Origin: a virus
Direction: 5' to 3' (one strand)
IMG/VR virus record: IMGVR_UViG_3300028581_000018
Location: 32,001-96,000 of that record
Length of the DNA: 64,000 nucleotides
A program made the translations under genes and the position numbers. Below the pieces are notes generated by a model. That model was not told where the DNA came from, made no database searches, and worked only from the letters and a program-made list of their open reading frames with translations. Positions 1 through 12,200 of this stretch are shown here, piece after piece. The first letter of the stretch is position 1. Each line of letters opens with the position of its first letter.

Positions 1-244
1 AGTTTATTACTACTTTATCTGGGGTTTCATTTACCGTGAACCAGTTGTTGGTAAAGGCCGCAGTTTTATAAGTATCTGTTGACCACTTTTCAACTATACT
101 AGTTAGTTCTTCTAAAGAAAAATCTTTAGTATCAATAGATAACGTTGTTCCTTCTGGTTTGTATTTACCCGCAGTTTTTACAACTACATTAGTAATGGCA
201 GATTGTACTGCACTATCTGTCAAGTTTCTAATTTTGCACGCCAT
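1..244 (-). CDS. N-terminal part of a further probable giant ejected/cargo protein (truncated by window edge)
   Basis: Not in the ORF track. ATG at 244-242, reading MACKIRNLTDSAVQSAITNVVVKTAGKY... open to base 1. Starts 19 nt after the vRNAP stop and is preceded by the TATATTA motif. Confidence 0.8.
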   Translation of the reverse strand, partial: MACKIRNLTDSAVQSAITNVVVKTAGKYKPEGTTLSIDTKDFSLEELTSIVEKWSTDTYKTAAFTNNWFTVNETPDKVVIN

Positions 245-249
245 GGTAC

Positions 250-260
250 TAATATACTAA
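250..260 (-). promoter_or_regulatory. Candidate phage late promoter motif (TTAGTATATTA)
   Basis: One of 8 TATATTA copies upstream of gene starts. Identical 11-mer at 38814-38824. Confidence 0.5.
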
Positions 261-263
261 ATA

Positions 264-3200
264 TTAAACTCTAAAACACGTCCCGTCTAGATCTAAACCT
301 ATTAGATCTTCGCTAACAAGAGTTTCACCAGCAATACCTTCTTGGTTTTCAATAATCAAATCCATTACTCCAAATTTACTTGACCCGGGCACCGGTAAGT
401 TAAATCTCTTATAAAGTTCACCATATAAGTACTCTGCAATAACTTTAGATCCCGCAATTTGTGGAGTGTTCTGTTTTAATATGTCATTTATCAAAAGAGA
501 CATATCCATTACAACAGCATTTCTAGGATTGCTCAAAATCTCTTCAATTTGAGATAACTGCTCATTTATACGTTTCTTAGCATCTTCAATGCTGGGAGTG
601 GTACCTTGAACTACAGGACTAGGTTGAGTAGTGCGTTGTTGAGAGGTTAATTTTGCAGGTGCCGTGGGCATACCTGGTGTTAGGTCTGCAGCTCTTCTGA
701 ATGTAAGAGTAATAGTATAATTTTCTATAACAGTACCATTAGGTAAAGTAATAGGTGGAAACTTCTGATCTCTTTTTACGCCTTTAGGTGTGTCATGAGC
801 TAGTTCAAATCTACCTTTACCATCCATACCAAAAGTATAAATAGTTCCATTTTGAGTAGGTATTTCTTTTCTAGAATCTGATCTAAAAGATGGTGAACCA
901 GGATTATTTTTATCCTCATAAATTCCAATTCCACTATTATTACCTATAGTATATACTACAACTGGATAATTTCTAGCACTCAAACTTTCTGTGGTATCTC
1001 TATGTGTTGCTATGTTCTGACCAGGTAAATAAATATTACCAATTACAGCATCATAGTTAGACATATCTATACCTAGAGTATTCTGAATCTCCTCAATAAT
1101 AGGTTGTAGATTAGATACAGGAGCTAGCGGATTACCATTTTGATCAACTGTATCATATACATAGTTATCTTTTGCCTTAGCATCTGTAGTAGCTAATCCA
1201 GCATTTGCATAGCTCTTATTATTAAGAGGTGCTTTAGCTGTACTTTTTCTAGTCCAACGTAGTCCATACATGAACATGTCATTAGCTGTACCAGAAGCAT
1301 TTTCTTTATAAGCTTGTGCTCTAATCTGTGGTTGGATAATATCTATAAAATCTTGAGTCTTATCAACAGATGGTTTAGTTTCTGCTACTACTACACCATA
1401 AGGTTCTGATACTACTTGCTGATTAGTACTTACAGGAGCTTGGGTGGGTTGAGTAGTAGTTCTTAATTGTTCAACTACTTCAGCTAATGCTGTAGGATGC
1501 ATACCTTGACCTCTAGCTGCAGACTTACCTGCATACAACAATGTAGCACCATCTAGTTTACCTTGATTAATTTGATTTAAAATCCATTCTCTTTGTTTTT
1601 CATTTACATCTTGAAGCAAAGTATCCCTTAATTCCATTTCCTTGCCTGTAGTAGCCACAGAATACTCCATATAATCACTTATAGGTTCATCAACTCCTAA
1701 TAACCAATCTTTATAAGCTCTTACTGCTTCACTAATACCGGCAACTTTTATAGTACCTCCATAACCAGCCTCACTAAAAGGATTACCAAAATGCTCATTA
1801 GGTTTAGCAGCTTCAGTGCGCATAGTATTAACCAACTTTGGATTATTTTTATCATAAACTTCCGCAGTTTTTAAATCACCTTTCCATTCTCTTGATGTAT
1901 CTATTGTAGGTTTAACACTAGTAGATGGTTGAGTAGTTTCTTTTACTTTAATTCTTGAAGTAGCACCTGTATGATAAACAGCAAACTTAGCACCTATTTC
2001 TTGCAAATAATCAATAAACTGAGAATCTACATTAGGCATGTCTCCTACTACAAACTCCATATTAAAATCATCATGATAAAACTTTATCATATCTTTAGTT
2101 TCTTGAAGTAAAGGTTTACCTTTTAAGGAACCATTTCTTGCAAGCATGACTGCTTTACCAGGGTCTGCCAGGTTTTTAGTACTTCTAGCAACTGTCTGTT
2201 CTTTTGTACCTTTTTGTTCTATTATACTTCCTGTTTTTAAAGAAGTTAAAGAAGAACTTGGATTAGTATTAGATACTTCAACAACAAAACTATCAGCAAC
2301 TGCTCTCATTGCTTTATCTTTACCATCACCTTCAGGAGTACCTTTACCAGTATTTTCAAAATCTCCTTTATATCCTTGGAATCCTCCAATACTAGTAGAT
2401 GGTTGAGTAGTGCGTTGTACACTAGAAATACCAGCATTAGCAAGCATCTCTTTAATCTTAGGTAAATTTTCTCTAGTATAATCTTTTCTTACTGTACCTT
2501 GTCTACCAAGATTTACATTTTCTGAAGGTATTACAAGTTTAATATTAGGACTAGCTTGTACTGTTTTAATAAGCAATGGTAAAATTTCTTCTATAGAACC
2601 TTCACCATGACCTAAACCCGCTAAAGGAAGTAAATAAGTTTTAGTTGGGTTTTCTTTAGAAACTTTAATCAAACTTCTTAAACTTTCTTTAAGTAACTCC
2701 ATGTTATTATTCATAGACATGTCATCACTCCATTTTTTCTTAACAGGTAACTGTACTACATCATCAGTAGCTTTAAAATTACCTTCACCTTGTTTAACCA
2801 AACCTTTAGCTTTAGCTGCTTGAGCAAGACCAGCACCATGTACACCACCTAAATTAGTAGTAATAACTGGGATACCAGGTAATGCAAAAATATCACCTTC
2901 TAATACTTTATCATTACTTACAGGAGCTTTGGTGGATTGAGTAGGTTGACCACCTTCTATAAAACCATCACCTACTTCTTTAAAACCAATACTAATTGGA
3001 AGATACTTGGCACGGGTAGTAGTATTTCTTAAATATGGAGACCTTGCTGCTTCAGTTTTATCTAGAGTGGTTGGATATACTACATATACCCCACCCGTTT
3101 GATCTTGCTTAATAACAAGGTCGTAGTAATCATATGGCTTAGAATAACCATATTGTTCGTTGGTAAAGAGCAGATTTCTAAAGTTTTTAGATGGTACATA

Positions 3201-6200
3201 ATTTGATCGTATTGTCTCCCCGCCAGGTAATCTATAACTAAATGCACCAGGAACAAGCTCGCTTCGGTCAATTTTTACAGGTGCCAAGCTGTATTGTCTA
3301 ACAGGAACTGTTGTTTTTCTAGTTTGACCAGAAATAAAACCTTCAGCAAAGTTCAATAATGATTGTTCTGAAAAATTAAAACCTGAAATAGCATCTTGAA
3401 TTGTAGCGTTTACTTCAGACAAATCAACTAGGTTTACTAAATTAGAAACATTTTTACTAAAACCATTTTGTAAAAATGCAATCTGGGGCAGCATAGTAAA
3501 TACATAGTTTATAAGCTTAATATTACTATCTGACAAGTTTGGCATTCTGTTTTTTACCGCCGTAAAATCTTTTAGTTGTTTTAACTGAGAATGGTATGAC
3601 GTTGCAGTAATCTCATCAATAGATTTTCCTATAAAGTCTAATATTACATATCCTGGATATTTTTTAGAATTAGTAAGAAAATAAGATAATACAGGAAACT
3701 GCTCTGTTAGTTCTTCTGAAAAATCTTTCTTTAAAATGTTTCTATAGAACACATTTGCAAATGATGATCCAGGATCTTGAAATAACTTATAGAGATTAAA
3801 GCTGTTAATATACGCCCTGTTTTCTTTTTGAACATCTGTACTATTTGGTTGAGTAAGTTCAACAATCGCGCGCTCTATCAAGAACCTAGTATACTCATGT
3901 ATTGTTGGGAACTCCTTGTTGCGAAAATCATTAGATAAGCTTTCATACTTTCTTTGTATCTCACTAGCACTTATATAGATTTTATCTTTAGTGAGGTAAA
4001 CACCTTTTTTTAAATAATCTACATACTGAACAGGTACTGTTTCTGATACACCAAATCCTTTGTAAGAATCAGATACACCAAGTCTAAAACCACGAACAGC
4101 ATTTTGGTATAATGCTAGAACAAGTTCATCTCTAAATGCAGCATCTAACAACTCCGTGCCGGTAGCTTTATTTGATGTTTGGCTATTTGATAATCTTCTA
4201 TAACCTTCTTGTAAAGAGTTAAACTCAGTGTTATCCGTTTCAATTTTACCACTAAGTTTATTTATAAAGTTATCAATGCGCGCATCAAACCTAAAAGGTA
4301 ATACTGATTTTGTTAAGGCTATAGAAAAGTCTCCAATAAAGAAGCTACCAATCATAGACTTTTCAGAGTTTTGAATAGCGTCAACTAAAGATCTATCAAT
4401 ACGACCATCGTAAAGCAGCTCATTTAATGATGCTTCACGTTCTCTGGTTGATAGATAAGAGTTTTCTCTTGTGGTGTCTACATTTGTTGCCCGGCTAAAC
4501 TTTGTAAATGCTTCAGATATATTTGATATCTCAATAAAATGTCTTAAAACTTTTTCTTGATACTCTTTATCTACTTTAGTAGGTATAAGTTGATCTTTAA
4601 GATCATTTAGTTGAAACTCTTCTTCATTATTTAATGAGTTTAATATGATTACATTCTTATTTTTATTGTTTAAAAGTATTTTATAAGCCTCACTTGCACC
4701 TCTTTCTTTCTTTAATGCTATGAACCTTCTAACAAGTGGTTGTGATACAAAGTAAACAGCATGTTCAACTGGTACTCCTGCCATTAACATATACATTAAT
4801 ACAGGAGTAATCTCTTTGTTACCTTGTATATAGAAGATCCATGGGTTTGCGCCAACGTCAACCCAACCATTAATCATCTGACTAAAAATATCAGATATTC
4901 TTACAAGCGGTGCTTTTTTATCTGTTCTATAACTATAAGTGTTATGTAAAGATATGTTACCCTCTTTTGTTACATTTTTTGGCAACAGCATCCTTATTGG
5001 TACAGTATAATCCTCCTTATTATTTCCACTACCTGTGGATATAACATATTCTTTTGGACTAACACCTTTCAAACTATTCAATAGAATATTATAGGTGGTC
5101 ATAATTGCACCAATACCTAAAGCATCCATGGCTGTCATGTATGCTTCATACTTAGACAAGTTGTAATCAGACTCAAATAATCTAGTAGGGCTTATTACAC
5201 CAGTAGATTCTCCAGAAAAATTTAATAATGGATCATAAGTCTGTGTGAGCCTTTTTAATTTATCAGCAAGATCATCAAAGATATCTGTGCTGTTAGGTGT
5301 TATTAATGACTCATAGTTTTGAGGACTTAATATAATTTCAAGAGATGTTTCTAGTAAATCTGTTTGTAGGGCGCCGACATAATTGTTCTCAACATCTAAT
5401 ACATAAATAATCTCTTTTAGATCTTCAATACTTTCTTCTATTTCTTTATTTAACTGATTTTTATCTTGAAAAGCATTTTTTAGTTCTTTATCTAAGTTAC
5501 CTGATTCATCTTTGAATCTATCAAATTCTTTTATTTGATCAAATAACCTTTTACTAAACTTTTCTAAGATACTCCTAGATGTGTCTTTAGTTAAAATCTT
5601 AGAGGATATGCGAAGAGCTTTAATTATATCCCCGTCAGTATAATCTGGTTTAGAAAGTACTTTTTGTAATGGACTTGGTAAAAATTGAAGCTGTCCGTTT
5701 TCACGATTATCATTAATTATTTTATTAATTTCTTCAATAATAAGCTTTCTACGAACTTTAGCATACTCGAGATTGCGTATGATATTAGAGATTGTCTCTT
5801 TGTTAACTTTCTTATCTGCTTTAAGATCTTTAATTAACATTTTAACTCTTTCTATAACATCTTTCTTATCAAGATTATTTTCTTTTTCAAGTCTTGATAG
5901 TTCATCTAAAAGATCTTGTCTTGTTTTATACTTCTTAGCAGATATTATCTTACCATTTTTATTTATTCTAGGAAATAGTGATGGTAGTTTATCAAAGTCA
6001 AAGTCACCACCAGATTTACCAACAATCTCTGAAGGCAACACAATAATGTTACCCGTGCCAATTGGCAAAAACTCATATACTTCTAATGCATCAATTGAAC
6101 CTTGACCCTGCACAGGTATCCTTACACCAAGAATACTAATTGCCTGGCGGTTGTCATCTTGATGTAACCATTTATCATTTTTGATTAACTGGTTTAGCTT

Positions 6201-9200
6201 AACCCGGCTAGCCTCAATATCAAGTACTCTCTTTTTTGTACCATCTTCTTCTTCAACGATATCATATACAGCAATTATATTACCATTAAGATCTTTACGC
6301 TGAAAAAGATTTATGAAGTCTCCATGTAAGGTAATAGCTACTTTAGCAGCTTGAATCTTTTTAGGATTGTATTTATAAAAGGGTAAAAACTCATTAGTAC
6401 CTAACCATTTCTTTCTTTCACTCTCATTAGCTTTTCTCCAAAATGATCCAGGTACTTGTACCAGTCCTTCACCATATGACTTTTGCTTTATAAGGCGCCG
6501 GCTGATTGTAGAAAACATGATTGCTTCTATAGTCTGGGCATTAGGTAAAGCTGATAAATCATTAGTTAGATTACCATTAGCATCTACAGAAATCTGTTTT
6601 ACTATATGCTCTGGTAAATTTTTCTTTCTCAGTTGAGTTTGTAAAAAAGCAGCAAGTCTTTCTACTGGGCCAGAGTATGTATTACCTTCTTTTACCCAAC
6701 CTATTTCATCTAAGAAATCTTTTTCAAGATTTTTAGTAACCTCATCTACAAGTCTTAAATAGTCTTTTTCAAGTTCTTTTTTGTCCTCTATAATTATACC
6801 ATTTAAGTACAAGTTCTCAACGATAAGCTTCCTCATCTGCGTAGCAAATGTTTGACCCGCTTTCCAAACATTAGTATTGCTGGTAACCTCTTTTAAGTAC
6901 GCTAAGTTTACAGGGTTAACGGTAAACTCTGTAGACATATTTATCTTATTACGATCACCATTCTCGTAAAGATCAGTAGGATTACCAAGATTAGAAATCT
7001 TTGAACCACTAGGATAAGTAATATAATCTATATTATTGATAATCATAAGATTATGAATATCATTTAATAAAGAATCTTCATGTACATTTGGTAGTAATGG
7101 TGATATACTAAACTTGTGTAATGCAGTAATAGGGGCATCTGTCTGAAGATTACCGTACATTTGTAACTTGTAAGTTGGAAAAAATACTTTAGCGTCATTA
7201 GCATCAAGCTTTTCACCATTTACAATCTTTTGGTATAGTGCTTCTTGTTCTGGTAACCAGTTGTTTTGTGCAATTTTAAGGTGTCGGTATGTATCAATAG
7301 TCATATAAGCATGACCATCACCAATTTTCATTTCTTTACCATAAGCTTTCTCAAGAGATTCAACAACTTCTTGTCTAACAGCTTTTTGACTTCTCTTTTC
7401 TCTCGCGGCTTTAAGTTTAACAACAGCTTCAATCATTTCATTAAGACTAACAGATCTTAAGCCTGTATCTTCCTGAATAATTGCTGTATTTAAAATACTA
7501 GTTGTCTCTTTTACAACCCCATCTGGTCTAAGTTCAGACATTACCTTTTCACTGTAAACTTTGGGGTATGCTTTATTAATAGCTTGTAGTACCCATTCAT
7601 CAGAAATAAAACCTGGGCCACCAGAACCAGCACCAGCATTATACTTTGTACCAGCTTCTTTTTTGTGATTGTATTGAGCCATATCACCATAAAAGAAATT
7701 GTTCATTTCAAAACGGTGAATAAAGTAGTTTACTGTATATGCTCTAACTAACGTTTTGTTTAACTCAGCATCCTTTACATTTAAATTAAACTTTCTTAGT
7801 TCTGTTTCATCTACAGGAACAAGTGGAGCTGATTGATCGTATCTATTCTGATTTTGCTTATTAACTTCTGTAAAGTAATATTTTAGATCTTCTTTAATAG
7901 CATCAATGTTTTTCCTTACAGATTCATCAGATGTTAAACCCTTCTCAATGTCTGCGTATAGAGCACCTTTTGTCTTAGGACTTAATATATCATCAAATGC
8001 TGTAAACTTTTCACCGGCGCCATCTTTATTCAACGCTTGGTTTTGTTTGTATGTCTCATTTGTCTTAAACAAAACAATTCTTTCATACTCCGCTTTGATA
8101 TATCTTTGAAGTAATCTAAGAGCATCATCTGGTAAAAGAGTATTCTCAAATAGTTTAGGTTGTAAGTATAATTCAGCAGAACCATTTTTATCTGTTATCA
8201 TAGGAACATAAACACTAGATTTACTTTCGTGAACTAGTGTTGGCATATATCCGTGTAGGATAAAAGAATAAAAGTCAGTTATGAACTTTTGATTTATTGT
8301 TAAATCTGTAGCTGAACTAGCATTTTCTATGTTATCATATTCATCAAGCTGTTGATAACCAACATGAAACATTAACTCTAACTTATTAAGATTGTTTCTG
8401 GATTCATCTTCGTAAAAAAGTTTTTCTCGTATGATACTGTACTTGAAAAATGGATTTAGTTCTTCAGAAAACTCTACGTTAAAGCCAGATGCATCTAATA
8501 AGTTAATGCTCTCATTTAGATACATGATCTTTCGAGTCATTGAGTTATGCAGAGAAATACTACTTACCAGATCACCATTAGCATTTAGAATAATGCTATC
8601 GTTAAAAAGAGGATTATACTTAATCTCTATCTGGGCAATTTTTCTAAGAATAGTTCTTTGATTACTTATTTTAGAATCAGTACTTCTCTCAATAAATGCT
8701 TGTAGAGGATTACTTTTTAGTTTTTTGTTATTAGGATTAATGCGAATATCATCGAGCATTTTATTAGCAGCAGATAATAACTCATTAAGAGTAATTCCAC
8801 TTTTTTGTGCTTGAATTACTTCTTTAGTAGTTTTTGTAAGCTGTACACCGAGCCTTTCAAAAAACTCAAAAGCTTCCTCAAAAGTGTTTACTCTGTTTGG
8901 TAAGTTGTTTGTGTTTAATACTGCTTCGTTATTAACGCGGGGTGCCACGTTAACAAAAATATTCTGCCATCTTCTATAAACATTTCCTACACTATTAGTA
9001 GCTTTACCAGAAGTGAAAGTTTGTTTAGTATCTGTTGTATTTTCATCAACCAGAACGTTACTTTTTGTATTAATTAATGCTTCTACTGATGCTTTATCAA
9101 AGGCTGAATGAAAATTTAATAGCACCTCTAACAAAATCCTTACTCTATTTCCTGTAATATCTTGAGCTAAAGCTCTATTGGTTGTATGCTCTTTAGGTAA

Positions 9201-12200
9201 CAGTTCATATATTACTTTTAATACAGGAAACGCATCACTAGACTTTTTTATAGCATCAAGCATCTCAGTATAAGTCTTAACGCCAACAACTGTTTTTTGT
9301 AATGCATTAAGCGTTGGGCCAAATTCTTGGTTTATAGGAAACCCTAGTTTGTTCTTTATATAAACAAACTTTTCCTCACCTATACTAAAATCATAAGATT
9401 TGCTGTTAATCTCTTTTTGTGTAGCTTTTTTAAAACTAGGAATTATTCTAAGAATTGTTGTAAGCTCTTTTGGTAAATAGTCTTTCATAGGTCGACTATT
9501 TGCTCTCTTATCTCCTCCTTGTTGTAATAACTCAGAATTGTTTGATGTATCTGCGTCAACGTCAATATCAATATCTTCTTCAGCAACTACTAAATTAGTA
9601 ATAGCTGCAGATGAAGTTTGAGCATATGCTGCTAAAATACCATTTGTCTTTTTGTTATTCGCAAATGATTCAATGTCTCCAAAGTTCTCAATAACTATCT
9701 CTAGCAGTCTCTTTTGGTCTAGTAAGTTGTTTGGTTTTTCTTCAAGACTATCAAGCTCCTCATTAATATCAGCAAGTTTATTCTTAAAGGTATTTAGAAT
9801 ACCTTCAAAAATTGTTGTACGTCCTTTTGATGAATACAAGAAAGCTAAGTTGTTAGAGCGAGTTCCGTCTAGTTCTGTGTTAATTAAAGCTTTAGCTACA
9901 AGCCCATCAATAGATTGTCTAATAAGATCAAACTCTTCATCTTCAATGTTCAAAGGTGTTTTATCATCTTTTACACTCTTAGCACGATTCAAGACATCAA
10001 ACATTGAGTTATTAATGTTTGGTTGAAGATTTAGAAGCTTACCAAAGTAAAGTTTCTCAAATGCTTCAGCCACTGCCGGTACACTCATTGCATCTACATA
10101 GACAGCATTTCTATTAGTGCCCCCAAACAAAGCCTTTAAAAGATTCCAGATCTTTCTAAAGATTGTATTTTTTGCAGGAGAACCCTTCTCAGGATTTTGG
10201 AATCGAGCATAATCTCTAAACTGCTCGGCTAAATATTCTTCTATTTGAAAGAAAGAAGCATCGCTAAAACTTACTACCTCACCATTAACAGTTGTAAATA
10301 CACCGGGTTTTTTACGAACCTCTTTATATAGTTTTACTTTTTCTTCAGTGGTTAAGTATAGCTGAGTAAAACCGTGCCATGCTTCGTGGTAAATATCTAC
10401 AGAACTTGATCCTTTATAAAGGGTGATGCCTGATCTTGAAAATGTGGCCCAAGCATTACTATTAACAATACTAAGTAATCTGTTTAAAGGTATTACTTTT
10501 GAAAGGGGACTATTCGCCCACCATTTTTCAGCATCACGAATTTGTTCTTCTGTGACTGCGTTTTCTAGATTTGTTGCCCTAAACAAATCGTCAAAACTTA
10601 AATTAAAAAGATCAGGGTTACCAGGATTTAAATTCTCATTGTCTTGCTCTTCTACAGTTTTTTCTTCTGCAGGTGAAGTTTCTTGTTCAACCTCTGGAGT
10701 TTTTTGTAGAGTATCTAAGTCTGGTAATGTATATCTGAAAAGAGGATTTAATGCAACAATTTGACCTTCTGCATTTGGTTTACTAGCACGTACTTTAATA
10801 TTGTTGTATAACCAGCTATAATAGTTAGAATTGTCCTTAACTTTCAGTTCTCCATTTTCAACTTTAATATTTGTATATATACCATTTGTAAAGTTTGTAA
10901 GATTAATATTTACAAGAATGTTTTGTTTAAACACCTCCTCAAGTGCAGACTTAAGATTTTCATCTCCTATCTTGTATTGAGTTTCCTTACCATCGGCATC
11001 TTTTATAGTAACTGTTTCTGCAGATTTATTATATATAACTTGAGGACGATCTGTAGCCTTAACAGTAGTAAGAAGATTATTTCCAATCTTTACAAAAAAC
11101 GTTTCAAGATACTTATATCTAGTATCAGAGCTTATATTAATATTGTCAACTAGTATATTTTGTTCAGAAAGAAGCATTATTATAGCTTCTGTTAAACCAG
11201 GAACATCTTTAAAATAAGGCTTAACTGCCTCAACATGTTCATCTGATAAGTTTCTAACAAGATTAGTGATCTTTAAAAACTTATCAAAAATACCCTTTCG
11301 ACGAATCCAATCTTCTGAATCTATTTGTTCATCACTTGCATCTATACGTATATCTCTTAGAAGACCTGGTGTATTATCATAGTTAGAACTACCTATTGAT
11401 GTAATAGGCATTGTTACTTGAGTATTGTTTTCTGTTACATACTTTTTAGTTTCTTCTAGTCGCTTAATAAGTTCTAATTGAGCAGCAATTGCTTCTCGGC
11501 TTTTTAGTGTAGCAATTTTATCTTTATTTCTAGTAAAGTTATATATCACACCCCCAGTGCCATCTTCTGTAATGTTTCCTTCATTATCAAACAAATAAGG
11601 TACACCCTTAGCATCTGTTACAATTAAAATTGTAAGGTTTTCTCTCCTATTGTAAAGATTTGATCTTTGAAATCTATTCATTGACGCAAAGTCTCCACTA
11701 CCCAAATATTCTTTATCTAGCTCTATATCTAAATTTTGGTGAGCCATCATTGTATAGTACAATGGCTTACCATTATACATCAAAGGTTGACCAGGAACCG
11801 TTTCTTCATTATTTTTCTGTTGTTTAGAAACTTTCTCTTTGAATTTATAAATTCTATTTTTTACAGGATCTTCTTCATCACGAAGAGTTTGAATTGGTAC
11901 AGTTACTTTTTCTTGTTCAATTTGAAAAGCTTGTTCTCGGGTATCTGTGTTTGGACTACTAGAATAAGTAAAAACCGGTTCTGAAGTATTAAGTTCTATT
12001 TTACGTTTGTTATCTTCTGTTGCTTCGTATTGTCCTAGTACAATTCTTTGTGAATCTATAATCTCTAGAATAGTTTGTAATGAACCAGTTATTGTAGTAA
12101 TTAACTTTTTAACCTCTTCAATATCTTTGAATGTTTCAATTGAAATACTCAGTTTATCTGAGTAATTAATTCTTGCAAGATATCTTTTAACTTCAGGTAC

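Noticed and set aside
611-2944. Linker repeats read as a CRISPR array, shufflon or DGR
   Set aside because: The repeats are direct, degenerate, in-frame and about 450-800 bp apart. No inverted sites, recombinase or reverse transcriptase are present in the window.
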